Shown here: positions 10,543-19,880 of the stretch, in pieces
Numbering within the stretch: the stretch's first letter is position 1
How the letters are laid out: every line of letters starts with the position of its first letter
From: an uncultured Nitrospiraceae bacterium
Lineage (GTDB): Bacteria; Nitrospirota; Nitrospiria; Nitrospirales; Nitrospiraceae
DNA: 64,000 nt
Direction: 5' to 3'
NCBI GenBank assembly: GCA_963706325.1
Contig: CAVPLT010000001.1
Coordinates: 800,001 to 864,000 of the forward strand
Translations under genes and position numbers: made by a program
The notes under the pieces: model-generated
What the model saw: only the letters and a program-made list of their open reading frames with translations
Databases searched by the model: none
What the model was told of the DNA's origin: nothing

Positions 10543-11733
10543 ATGAGCAGAAGATCTTGCGACCTCAAGTTGCTTCCTATGGGTCTCGGTCTCACACTGT
10601 TGACCGGCTGGCTCATCATGTCCGCCTGTTCCAAGTCCGATCCTTACGTCCCGCCTGACCCCTTTTATTATTTTGCCAGTTATGCGGTCGGGAAGAATCC
10701 GACGACGGTGACGCCGGCCGACTTTAATCGCGATCAAATTACAGATCTCGTTACCACAAATATTTCGAGTAACACGATTTCGATTCTTTTTGGCGTCGGC
10801 GACGGCACGTTTCATGATCAGGTCCAGCTACGAGTCTGCCAGGAACCTCGCTCACTCGCCGTCAACGATTTTAATCAGGATGGCCAGCTTGATCTGGCGC
10901 TGGCCTGCTCAGGCAGCGATCAGGTCTCGCTCATGTTCGGCCGAGCCAACGGGAAATTCGAGGAGGGGCCTCAGTATCCGGTGCACCGCACACCAGTGTC
11001 CGTCGCCAGCGAAGACGTCAACAGCGACGGCTATCCGGACTTAGCGGTGGCCCTGCGCAACGACAAGGTGAAGATTTTTCTCGGGAGCGCGAATGGCGAG
11101 TTTCGCCCAGGCGTTCAGTATGAGTACGGTGATACGCCTACCTCGGTGGCGCTCAGAGATCTCAATCAAGACGGCAAGCCGGAATTGATTGTCACGAATG
11201 GGGGACCCATGTTGAGCGCGGTATCAGTGTGGATCGGCAACGGCGACGGGACGTTTAGGGACCCGAAAGATTATAAGACCGGACGGCGGCCGTTAGGCGT
11301 GAGTTTTGCCGATTTCAACAATGACCGCATGCTCGATCTCTTGGTGATCAACGGCGAAGGGGATAGTTTTACTACATTCTTAGGGAACGGCAATGCCACA
11401 TTTCAGTCAGGAAAGGATTCCGGCGCCGATGCCAGTCCGAACTTTGGGTTGGCGCGCGACTTCGACGGCGATCGTATCGCCGATGTGGCCATCGTTAATC
11501 TGCAATCGACGGATCTCTCGATTCTCTTTGGACGCGGGGACGGCACGTTCAAGTATCCGCCGCGAAATTATCGAACGAAGTCCGGTCCATTTACCGTAGC
11601 GAGTTACCGTGTCTCCGCCGATAATGAAGAAGAACCTGGTTTGGTGACGGCCGACAATGGTTCCGGCAGCGTGTCGGTTTTCTTGCATCACGGACGAAAG
11701 GGACAGGTTCAGACAAACCGTACGGCGGAATAA
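10543..11733 (+). CDS. FG-GAP/VCBS-repeat beta-propeller lipoprotein
   Basis: Repeated DFNxDGxxDL...(L/F)GxGDGTF units; hydrophobic stretch ending in lipobox MSAC. Start uncertain. Confidence 0.9.
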   Translation: MSRRSCDLKLLPMGLGLTLLTGWLIMSACSKSDPYVPPDPFYYFASYAVGKNPTTVTPADFNRDQITDLVTTNISSNTISILFGVGDGTFHDQVQLRVCQEPRSLAVNDFNQDGQLDLALACSGSDQVSLMFGRANGKFEEGPQYPVHRTPVSVASEDVNSDGYPDLAVALRNDKVKIFLGSANGEFRPGVQYEYGDTPTSVALRDLNQDGKPELIVTNGGPMLSAVSVWIGNGDGTFRDPKDYKTGRRPLGVSFADFNNDRMLDLLVINGEGDSFTTFLGNGNATFQSGKDSGADASPNFGLARDFDGDRIADVAIVNLQSTDLSILFGRGDGTFKYPPRNYRTKSGPFTVASYRVSADNEEEPGLVTADNGSGSVSVFLHHGRKGQVQTNRTAE

Positions 11734-11783
11734 CCCACTTATGTTCGCGCCGCTTTAGCCGAAGAGAGAGATAGGCAGAATGC

Positions 11784-11812
11784 TTGACACCCTTGGGGGG
11801 CTCGGCTAGAGT
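11784..11812 (+). promoter_or_regulatory. Sigma-70-type promoter
   Basis: TTGACA-17 nt-TAGAGT, about 60 nt upstream of the 11872 ORF. Confidence 0.6.
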
Positions 11813-11871
11813 TCGAAAAGGCTGCCGGACATGGAGTCGCGCCATTTTCAGCCAACAGACCGCGGGGGCTC

Positions 11872-12072
11872 GTGCGATCGTTTTTCTGGTGGTTTTGCAT
11901 GGGCTGCCTCATGACTTTGGCAGTCTTGATGGTACAAGGCGGTGTGCGCGATCTGGTCTCTGGGGCCAATCCCACGGGAAGCGCAGGCGCGCTCCTTTCC
12001 TTTGGTACTACGATATTCGGTGGCGGGCTCTTGGCCGGTTGCCTTGCCCTCATCCTCAATCGTCTCCGCTAA
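11872..12072 (+). CDS. Small two-helix membrane protein
   Basis: 66 aa with two hydrophobic segments; upstream promoter match. Confidence 0.7.
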   Translation: MRSFFWWFCMGCLMTLAVLMVQGGVRDLVSGANPTGSAGALLSFGTTIFGGGLLAGCLALILNRLR

Positions 12073-12151
12073 ATGGAACACGGCGCTGGTATCGGTCTGA
12101 GAGGGAGACCGAGACGCCTGTCCACTGGTTCAAAGGGGCTCTCATCGCGCC

Positions 12152-12340
12152 ATGCATTGTCTACGCTGCAAAGGATTCATGATGGTAGAGCGTCATTACA
12201 CGCTCATGAATCGCCGACTCTATGCGCGCTGCTTGAATTGCGGATTCTGGATTGATCTGGCGGATTTGCTGCGGTTTTTTCATAAGGTGATTGAAAGTAG
12301 CTTGCGCGGTGCGAAAGTCAGAGAAACCTATACCCTGTGA
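12152..12340 (+). CDS. Small Cys4 zinc-ribbon-like protein
   Basis: CLRCKGFM...RCLNCG; similar ORF at 55110-55262. Confidence 0.7.
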   Translation: MHCLRCKGFMMVERHYTLMNRRLYARCLNCGFWIDLADLLRFFHKVIESSLRGAKVRETYTL

Positions 12341-12385
12341 CAGCAGATTGAGTCTGGAAGTCACGAGAAAGCGCAGACAATCCGC

Positions 12386-13312
12386 ATGACATACTCACCT
12401 CGCCTCCTGTCGATCTGTGCCAGCGCCTTCCTGGCTTTGCTTCCGACCATATGGAGTGTCCCGGCCTCGGCGCTCGACAGCGAAGTGGACGACGAAGTGA
12501 TCACGGTTCCGTTCGATCCCAGACCAGTTCCTTCCACCAAGCAAGCGCATCATTCGCTGCGGTGGCGGCACGTTCCGGCCCACAGCATTTTGCTCAAGGA
12601 ATTGAAGACTGGAACGACACTCTATCAATTTGAGAGCGAAAAAAAGCTGTCCCCGGCCAGTTTGACCAAGATTATGTCCGCTCTGGTCATTCTGGAATAT
12701 GGCCATCTTGACGATGAAGTGACAGTCAGCCCGAAGGCCGCTCGCGCGCATAAAACGCACCTGCGTTTACGGACGGGCCAAATCTTTCGGCTCGAAGACT
12801 TACTGAAGGCGATGTTGATCGTGTCGGCGAATGATGCCTGCTTGGCCGCCAGCGAGCATGTCGGCGGAGACGAAGAGCGGTTCGTGGATCTCATGAATGC
12901 GAAGGCTGCCGCGCTGCAATTGCGGAATACCCATTTCAGCAATGCCTGCGGGTTTGATGCGCCGGGGCACTATTCCACCGCGGAAGACCTGGCCAAATTG
13001 AGCGAGGTTGCTCTGCATCACCCGGTGTTCAAGGAATTGGTCCGGGAGGAGCGGGAAATCATCATGCCGATCAATGAACATCGCGCCTATGTCTTGCGTA
13101 CGACCAACCGGCTACTCGGCCGTATCCCCGGTGTGCAGGGGGTGAAGACTGGGTTCACCTCAAAGGCAGGCCGATGTCTCATTGCCAAAGTGTCGCAGGG
13201 CGGGAGCGATCTGCTCCTTGTGATTCTCAATTCAAATCGTCGGTGGAATACCGCGACTAGCCTCATCAACTACGGACTTCGATTGAACTACAGCCGGGCC
13301 GGTGCGCAATAG
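12386..13312 (+). CDS. D-alanyl-D-alanine carboxypeptidase (peptidase S11)
   Basis: Signal peptide; PASLTK (SxxK), SAN (SxN) and KTG motifs. Confidence 0.93.
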   Translation: MTYSPRLLSICASAFLALLPTIWSVPASALDSEVDDEVITVPFDPRPVPSTKQAHHSLRWRHVPAHSILLKELKTGTTLYQFESEKKLSPASLTKIMSALVILEYGHLDDEVTVSPKAARAHKTHLRLRTGQIFRLEDLLKAMLIVSANDACLAASEHVGGDEERFVDLMNAKAAALQLRNTHFSNACGFDAPGHYSTAEDLAKLSEVALHHPVFKELVREEREIIMPINEHRAYVLRTTNRLLGRIPGVQGVKTGFTSKAGRCLIAKVSQGGSDLLLVILNSNRRWNTATSLINYGLRLNYSRAGAQ

Positions 13313-13465
13313 CTGCCGCATCATTCGGCGAGACGCCTTCCATTTCGCACCTTCCCGACATCACCACGCGGTACCAATAGAAGCCTGTTCACTGGCCTGG
13401 CGGGGCACGCCGGGGATAATGCCGATGAAGACGCGAGAGTGGTTCGCCTAACCGGTGACGGGAGA

Positions 13466-13996
13466 TTAGTGGGGAATTGCGAACTCTACGTTGACGTCTT
13501 TTCCGAGGTAATTGACCTGAAAACCCTGCTTGTCGTAGGCGAGCACCGCGCCCATCACATTTTCGTCGCCGTACTCTTCCTTCCCAAGTAGTTTCCGCAC
13601 ATCGTCGGGGCTTTCACTATTCAACACATTACGAAAAATGCCCCGAGTCTTGTAGGCAAAGCGATTGTTGATGAAAATGAGATCGACTTTGCCGTCCTGC
13701 ACGCGCACCCCCGCCATAGGACCGGTCGGTTTTCGTTGATCAAGAAGGAAGATAAACGTCGCTTCCTGTTCCGCCTTGATGCCGGCGATCTTTTCATTCA
13801 CCAGTACATCCAGAGCCTTCCCCTCCGCATCCCCTAACTTGACGCCGAACAGTGAAATCTCTTGGCTCGTGATTGCCTTGGGGTCGGTCAAATCGTTCTT
13901 GCTGAGTTCGTACGGTTCGGCGCTCGCTAAGGCAGCGAGACACAAGGAACTTATCGTCGCCATGACCGCCGTAAACACCCACTTACGCTGCATCAT
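13466..13996 (-). CDS. Secreted hypothetical protein
   Basis: RBS AAGGAGG before MMQRKW; Sec signal ending ALASA-EP. Confidence 0.78.
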   Translation of the reverse strand: MMQRKWVFTAVMATISSLCLAALASAEPYELSKNDLTDPKAITSQEISLFGVKLGDAEGKALDVLVNEKIAGIKAEQEATFIFLLDQRKPTGPMAGVRVQDGKVDLIFINNRFAYKTRGIFRNVLNSESPDDVRKLLGKEEYGDENVMGAVLAYDKQGFQVNYLGKDVNVEFAIPH

Positions 13997-14170
13997 GAAT
14001 GCCTCCTTGAAACGGGTCGGTACACGGTGGATCGTCTTGAGATGGGTGTCGGATTTCGAGAAGTGGCTCAGACGACAGGGCATTTTATCCAAGGGGCAGG
14101 CTAACTTTCAAGGTCGCTGGTAGGTAAGTCTCACGACCTGGGAAGGGTAGGGAGATCACACAGCATCGCC

Positions 14171-15115
14171 TTAACCGGCCTTCACCGCGCGTACCTTGGT
14201 CGATACAGGCTGCGTAGGATCGGACTGTAACTCTTTCATAGTGATCTGGCAAAGGCGGGCGAACTCCTCGGCGGCCAAACTGCGATATCGTTTAGTGAGG
14301 TAGGCCAGTCCGACTTTGTGGCGAGGAGTAGGGTCGTACAGCTCGATCAGTTGCAACGCTTCGCCGGACAGTCGCGAACGCACGTATAAGTCAGGAAGAA
14401 TAGTCGCGCCCGTTCCGTTCGCCACGGCTTGCAGGATGCCTTCCGGCGAACTCATCTCGAGCACAACCTGCGGGTAAACTCCTGCCTTGGCACATTCTGC
14501 CTCCACCATCTTCCGCAAACAGTAATCGACCGGCATCAGCACGAGAGGCAGGGTTGCGAGGTCCCGCATGCGCGTGCGGCCACTCCCAATAGTTGTCATG
14601 CCGGCCGGGGCAACAAGGCACAGTCGCTCTTCAAAAAGAGGCACAGTCGTGAGCTGCGGATGGCTCAGTGGCAGCAAGCAAATGCCGATATCGAGACGAT
14701 GAGCCAACAAGCCGTCTACCACCTCCGATGAAGGCTGGGCATGGACTTGCAGCTGAATGTCCGGGAATCGTTGCTTGAATCGCGAGACCAATGGGGCGAT
14801 CAAATAAGAGTTGACCGTCGAGAGAACCCCCACCACCAATCGTCCTCGCTTGGCCCCCTGTAACTCGTACACAACATGCGCGGCTTGCTCCAATTCGCGC
14901 AACGCTCGATCTGCATGGACGCGAAAGAGTTGGCCGGCCTGGGTGAGGATAACCTTACGACCAAGCCGGTCGAACAGCCGCGTGCCCAATTCCTTTTCAA
15001 GCTCGCCGACTTGAACCGAGAGCGATGGCTGGGAGACGTGCACATGCTCGGCAGCGCGACTAAAATTTTCATGTGTCGCCACCGCCATGAAGTAGTGAAT
15101 TTGGCGCAACTCCAT
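14171..15115 (-). CDS. LysR-family transcriptional regulator (CynR/GltC-like)
   Basis: N-terminal HTH (FSRAAEHVHVSQPSLSVQV...LFDR) plus substrate-binding domain. Confidence 0.95.
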   Translation of the reverse strand: MELRQIHYFMAVATHENFSRAAEHVHVSQPSLSVQVGELEKELGTRLFDRLGRKVILTQAGQLFRVHADRALRELEQAAHVVYELQGAKRGRLVVGVLSTVNSYLIAPLVSRFKQRFPDIQLQVHAQPSSEVVDGLLAHRLDIGICLLPLSHPQLTTVPLFEERLCLVAPAGMTTIGSGRTRMRDLATLPLVLMPVDYCLRKMVEAECAKAGVYPQVVLEMSSPEGILQAVANGTGATILPDLYVRSRLSGEALQLIELYDPTPRHKVGLAYLTKRYRSLAAEEFARLCQITMKELQSDPTQPVSTKVRAVKAG

Positions 15116-15135
15116 ATGTGGTCCCCTCCCACGAG

Positions 15136-15154
15136 CTATAGCTATAGACTATAG
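15136..15154. promoter_or_regulatory. LysR recognition site (ATAG-N7-CTAT)
   Basis: CTATAG-CTATAGA-CTATAG dyad in the divergent LysR/globin intergenic region; satisfies T-N11-A. Confidence 0.65.
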
Positions 15155-15299
15155 AACATATGCAAACAATGTATTGGACGAATACAAGTTATCCGCCCTA
15201 TGGTCTGGTGTCAACCAGAAGGCTGCTTGTCGGACGTGTGGCTCGATGTGGGCAAGGGCGATGAGCGGCTGGTCATGTACTTACAAGGGGAGGACTAGG

Positions 15300-15779
15300 A
15301 TGGCGTCGAATTATCGCGGACTTGTCATGCTGCTGCTAGGGGCGACCATGGCTGTAATGGGTTGTGCGGACTACGGGACATCGAAAGGGTCCGGACCTTC
15401 GGCTGCCACCGCGCCTGCCGTGAAGCCGCTCTACGATCGTTTGGGCGGGAAGCCTGCTATCACCGCGGTGGTGGATCAATTTGTGGCCAATGTTGCGGCA
15501 GATAGCCGCATCAACGGGCGGTTTGCGACCACGGACATTCCGAGGCTGAAAGGGTATCTGGTCGACCAGGTGTGCCAGGCGACTGGCGGGCCCTGTACTT
15601 ACCAGGGGCGTGACATGAAGCGCACGCATGCGGGGATGGGCATCACCACGGCTGAGTTCGAAGCCCTTGTCCAGGATCTCGTGGCGGCGCTCGATACCTT
15701 CCGCGTTCCAGCGACGGAGAAGAATGAACTCTTGAGCCTCCTCGGTACCATGAAACACGACATCATTGAGGTGCCGTAA
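15300..15779 (+). CDS. glbN: Group I truncated hemoglobin with lipoprotein signal
   Basis: LYDRLGG..AI.AVVD.F, GGPCTYQGRDMKRTHAGM with proximal His; lipobox VMGC; RBS GGAGG. Confidence 0.9.
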   Translation: MASNYRGLVMLLLGATMAVMGCADYGTSKGSGPSAATAPAVKPLYDRLGGKPAITAVVDQFVANVAADSRINGRFATTDIPRLKGYLVDQVCQATGGPCTYQGRDMKRTHAGMGITTAEFEALVQDLVAALDTFRVPATEKNELLSLLGTMKHDIIEVP

Positions 15780-15785
15780 CGGAGG

Positions 15786-15819
15786 GGCAGGGGAACGGTC
15801 GCATGGCCCTTCCCCTGCC
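15786..15819. terminator. Hairpin between convergent genes
   Basis: GGCAGGGGAA...TTCCCCTGCC 10-bp stem just after the globin stop; no U-tract. Confidence 0.5.
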
Positions 15820-15845
15820 GCGAGGTCGGCCTGTCGCAATCGATA

Positions 15846-16139
15846 TTAGTCTGGTCGATCCGAGTGGGCGAGCGCGGTCGCCAATTGTCGGAGGCGGCGG
15901 AAATATTCCAGGCTCTCTTCGTGGAGGTCGTCGAGCAATGCATCAAGATCGACGACGCAATCTTCTAAGATCGTGATACGTTGACTATCCAATCCCTCAG
16001 GCCCGTCGAGATAGAAGACGGCGCAACCCCCGATGACGGTATCCAAGGTCATCAGCTGCCCTTCATTGGGGCTGGAAAACTGCGGCCAGCCGGCTCGGCT
16101 ATGGGCCTCCCATAAAGCGGCGATAGATTGGTGACTCAT
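15846..16139 (-). CDS. Hypothetical protein
   Basis: 97-aa ORF co-oriented with neighbours; no recognised motif. Confidence 0.7.
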   Translation of the reverse strand: MSHQSIAALWEAHSRAGWPQFSSPNEGQLMTLDTVIGGCAVFYLDGPEGLDSQRITILEDCVVDLDALLDDLHEESLEYFRRLRQLATALAHSDRPD

Positions 16140-16176
16140 GATGGATGTCTCAATCGAGAGCTGACCAGTTCAGCCG

Positions 16177-16563
16177 TCAACGCGTCAGTAACCCTAACGC
16201 ATGCAGAAGTAGAACGGCAAGCGCGCAGAGTCCGAGCCCGACGAATCGATAATCGATCGCTTCGCGGGACAAGCACCAGCTCAGCAGAGGTGTGCGCCAT
16301 GCAGCGGCCCCCCACGCGAGGAAGGCGCTCTTGATGACCATCGCGCCGCCCACGATCCACCAAAGAGCCTGATAGGGGAGCTGTGAGGAGTAGACGACCA
16401 GGGTGCCAGCGAGACACACCCCCACAGCTTGCCAGCGAAGGAGGTGTGGGCTCTGTTGAAGCGATTCCTGCACCCTTCGGATGATCAGGAGGGGAACGCA
16501 CAGCAGGGCAAGACCGTCCGCCATCCAGATTCCGGCAAGAGCCGCAAGGAGATACCGTGTCAT
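16177..16563 (-). CDS. Small integral membrane protein
   Basis: 128 aa with about four hydrophobic helices. Confidence 0.75.
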   Translation of the reverse strand: MTRYLLAALAGIWMADGLALLCVPLLIIRRVQESLQQSPHLLRWQAVGVCLAGTLVVYSSQLPYQALWWIVGGAMVIKSAFLAWGAAAWRTPLLSWCLSREAIDYRFVGLGLCALAVLLLHALGLLTR

Positions 16564-16595
16564 TATGAGCGACAGGTTCCAGGCATAGTATCAGG

Positions 16596-17852
16596 CTATG
16601 GGTAGAGTCCTCGTTGGAGGTGCGCCTGGGCCACCTTGTCGATTCCCGACATTAACGCCGCCATCCGCATCGTCGTACGTTTCTCGACTGAAAAGTGTAA
16701 GGTCCTGTGGAACGCACTGCTGATGATGTCCTGTAGGCGGTCCTGAACGTCTTTGGCTTTCCAGAAGAAGCGCTGCACGTCCTGCACCCACTCAAAGTAG
16801 GACACGATGACGCCGCCGGAATTCGCCAGAATATCGGGGATGATGAAGACGCCGTTCTCGGTCAAGATACGATCAGCCTCCAGGGTTGTCGGTCCGTTCG
16901 CTCCCTCGGCGAGGATCCGGCAGCGCAGGTTGCCGGCATTCGCGGCGGTGATTTGCTCGGAGAGCGCCGCGGGAACCAAGACGGTGCAGTCCAGTTGAAG
17001 CAGTTGCTCATTGGTAATGGGCTCACCCAGGGTGATTCCGCTGAGGGGTTCGTGCTGATCTCGATACCGGCGCAGCAGCTCTGGTATATCGAGGCCGTTG
17101 GAGTTGTAGATTCCGCCGTATTCATCGCTCACGGCGATGACTCGTGTCCCCGCTTGCTGCATGATCGCGGCTGTGTGGGAGCCGACGTTGCCGAACCCCT
17201 GAATCGCGACCGTGGTGTCGTTCACATCGAGCTTCAGGTGCCGCAACGCCTCCAATGTGACACAAACCACTCCGCGGCCTGTCGCATCCTCGCGGCCGAG
17301 GCTGCCGCCGATTGACAGCGGCTTGCCCGTCACCACGCCTTGCACGGCGTACCCGACCTGTTGGCTGTAGGTATCCATGATCCAGGCCATGACTTGTTGG
17401 TCTGTTCCCACATCCGGCGCGGGCACATCCTTATCCGGCCCGATCAGCGGAAAGATTTCCGCCGCGTACCGGCGGGTCAGCCGCTGCAGCTCACCGCGAC
17501 TCAACAGTTTCGGATTCACTCTTACGCCGCCTTTGGCACCGCCGTAAGGAAGGTCCGCCAGCGCGCATTTCCACGTCATCCACATGGACAGCGCCGCGAC
17601 CTCACCCAGGTTCACCTCGGGATGATACCGGATGCCACCCTTCGACGGACCGCGTGCCGTGTCATGTTGGACGCGATAACCGGTGAAGACCTCGACGTGC
17701 CCGTCATCCATTTTTACCGGGATACTGACGATGAGCGACCGCTGCGGCAGTTTCAGGCGTTCGCGGAGGTTGGGGTCCAGGCGCATCGCTTCCGCCGCCT
17801 CGTTGAATTGGGCTACGGCAAGGCGAAAGGTATGGGTATCGAGTTCATTCAT
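16596..17852 (-). CDS. gdhA: Glutamate dehydrogenase (Glu/Leu/Phe/Val family)
   Basis: KGGIRYHP, GGAKGG, PAPDVGT, QGFGNVG, EGANGP, NSGGVIVSYFEW. Confidence 0.95.
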   Translation of the reverse strand: MNELDTHTFRLAVAQFNEAAEAMRLDPNLRERLKLPQRSLIVSIPVKMDDGHVEVFTGYRVQHDTARGPSKGGIRYHPEVNLGEVAALSMWMTWKCALADLPYGGAKGGVRVNPKLLSRGELQRLTRRYAAEIFPLIGPDKDVPAPDVGTDQQVMAWIMDTYSQQVGYAVQGVVTGKPLSIGGSLGREDATGRGVVCVTLEALRHLKLDVNDTTVAIQGFGNVGSHTAAIMQQAGTRVIAVSDEYGGIYNSNGLDIPELLRRYRDQHEPLSGITLGEPITNEQLLQLDCTVLVPAALSEQITAANAGNLRCRILAEGANGPTTLEADRILTENGVFIIPDILANSGGVIVSYFEWVQDVQRFFWKAKDVQDRLQDIISSAFHRTLHFSVEKRTTMRMAALMSGIDKVAQAHLQRGLYP

Positions 17853-17863
17853 CGCGTCACTCC

Positions 17864-18679
17864 TCAAGGCTGAATTGCGCAGGGATGGAATTTGTCACAA
17901 GCGGCCGTCGGAGGCTCCATGAGGGAATGACAATCCTCCTGGCCGAGGGTTTGAATCCACGTCAGATGAAATCGTTCAGCAAAGACGGCGGCGATCCGCT
18001 GCTGGACGACTTGCACGTCCGGGGCGGCCCCTAAAATATCCGCCATGGTGATGACGCGGCAGTCCGTAATTCCGCAAGGGACAATATGGGAAAAGGGCGT
18101 GAGATCCATGGAGACATTCAACGCAAAGCCATGCGTCGTGATGCCTTGGGAGATGCGTACGCCGATAAAAGCGATTTTCGAGGGACGGCTGGTGCCGACC
18201 CATACGCCAGGCAGGCGCTCGAGGCGATAGCCTGAAATCCCCCACTCGGCCAAAGTGGCGATGAGAATCTCCTCCAGTCGATGGACGTAGGCTTTGGGAC
18301 CTGCGCAGTGCTCGGAAAGTCGAAGGATCGGGTATCCCACTGCCTGGCCGGGCCCGTGATAGGTGATAGACCCGCCTCGTTCGGTTCGAATGACAGGGAT
18401 CCCGGTCTGCTGCGTGAGGTGCTCCTCTCCGGGCCAGTGCCGCTCAGCAGTTGTACGCCCCGCGGTGAACACGGGATCGTGCTCCATGAGCAAGAGGAGA
18501 TCGCGGCAGCGATCGGCCGCGCGTCCGACCCGGCAAGCGCGCTGCAAGTTCCAGGCGGCCGCATAACTCAACCGCTCGCAGAGGACCAGTGTTCCGGCCT
18601 GCGGAGTGTCGGGTTCCTGCTCTACCGACGGCATGGATATGTTTCCAAGTTCCGCCTTAACGAAGTGATCGGGCATCAT
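17864..18679 (-). CDS. lipB: Lipoyl(octanoyl) transferase
   Basis: EHDPVFTAG, RGGSITYHGPGQ, THGFALNV, IVPCG; ATGA overlap with the upstream protease gene. Confidence 0.93.
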   Translation of the reverse strand: MMPDHFVKAELGNISMPSVEQEPDTPQAGTLVLCERLSYAAAWNLQRACRVGRAADRCRDLLLLMEHDPVFTAGRTTAERHWPGEEHLTQQTGIPVIRTERGGSITYHGPGQAVGYPILRLSEHCAGPKAYVHRLEEILIATLAEWGISGYRLERLPGVWVGTSRPSKIAFIGVRISQGITTHGFALNVSMDLTPFSHIVPCGITDCRVITMADILGAAPDVQVVQQRIAAVFAERFHLTWIQTLGQEDCHSLMEPPTAACDKFHPCAIQP

Positions 18680-19770
18680 GGGTGGAGCTGCTGTTGAGGA
18701 CGGGAGCGCAAGACCGTGATCGTCGCGGTACCGGTCTTTCCTTGCGCGCTTATCTGGAAAGCCATCTGGTCCCCCGCGCTTCGTATGGCATGCCAAAAGT
18801 CCCCGATGTTGTAGATGGGATGGTTGTCGATCGCCGTGACCACATCGCCGGATTGCAATCCAGCCTGGCCGGCTGATTTGGCGAGGTCCACTTGAAGGGC
18901 CAGAATCCCCCGATCGGTTTCGAGGTCGAAACTTGCCGCGACACTGGGCGTGACAGTCACAGGAATTAACCCGAGGTCCGGACGCAACACCGACCCGCGC
19001 ACCATCATGGATTGGATGTGGGGAAGGATGGCCTCCATGGCGATGGCATAACTGATCGCCTGCGCGGATGGCGCAATCGCCACATTGATCCCGATGACGT
19101 GGCCGTAGCGATCGACAAGAGGGCCGCCGCTGTTACCGGGGTTGATGGCGGCATCCGTTTGCAGCAGATCGTAGAGGGTCTCACCTTCCGGCGTCAGAAC
19201 TGAGCGGTCGCTTGCGCTGATGACGCCCACCGTGACAGTGGATCCTCCTTTTAAGGCGAGAGGATTACCGATGGCGATGACCGTTTCTCCGATCTCGACC
19301 GCGGCCTTTCGAGTGAACTCTGCCGGCGCCAGGTCGGGGGCCGTAATTCTGACCAGGGCAAGATCAAGCAGGAAATCGCGCGCGACGACGCGGCCGGGCG
19401 TGAGGCGACCGGTCGATAGCCCCACGACGACGCTGGTCACACCTTGTACCAAATGATTATTGGTGAGGATGAATCCGCCCGGATCGAGAATAATGCCTGA
19501 TCCCGAGCCCGGCGGAGCTCCATGTTGTGCCCCCCCTGAGGGCACGCCGCGAGTGAGGATGGTGACAACGGAAGGGCGGACTTTCGCGACGATAGCCGGA
19601 ACTGATAATTCTTTCTGCGATGGTTCGAAGGTGTCCTGTTGGGCCAAACATGTAGAAGGGGTGTTCACACCGAGGAAGTAGAGTACAGGAAGGGCCAGGA
19701 TCAACCATCGTTTGTAGGCAGCAGGGCGGTTGTAAGAGCCTATGACCATGGGGGGAACAGGTTCCTCCAT
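18676..19770 (-). CDS. HtrA/DegP-like trypsin serine protease with PDZ domain
   Basis: GSG, TNNHLV, DLAL, QTDAAINPGNSGGPL; one PDZ-like C-terminal domain. Confidence 0.93.
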   Translation of the reverse strand: MEEPVPPMVIGSYNRPAAYKRWLILALPVLYFLGVNTPSTCLAQQDTFEPSQKELSVPAIVAKVRPSVVTILTRGVPSGGAQHGAPPGSGSGIILDPGGFILTNNHLVQGVTSVVVGLSTGRLTPGRVVARDFLLDLALVRITAPDLAPAEFTRKAAVEIGETVIAIGNPLALKGGSTVTVGVISASDRSVLTPEGETLYDLLQTDAAINPGNSGGPLVDRYGHVIGINVAIAPSAQAISYAIAMEAILPHIQSMMVRGSVLRPDLGLIPVTVTPSVAASFDLETDRGILALQVDLAKSAGQAGLQSGDVVTAIDNHPIYNIGDFWHAIRSAGDQMAFQISAQGKTGTATITVLRSRPQQQLHP

Positions 19771-19820
19771 CGACGCATTCTCTCACAACCAGCGCGGAGG
19801 GCGAAAGCGCTTACAAAACA

Positions 19821-19851
19821 ATACGGGCGAGGTGGATGACCTCGCCCGTAT
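19821..19851 (-). terminator. Intrinsic terminator of the sigma factor gene
   Basis: 13-bp perfect stem ATACGGGCGAGGT/ACCTCGCCCGTAT followed by TGTTTT on the minus strand. Confidence 0.75.
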
Positions 19852-19880
19852 CGTCAACCGTATCCGGCTCGATGCCCGCG

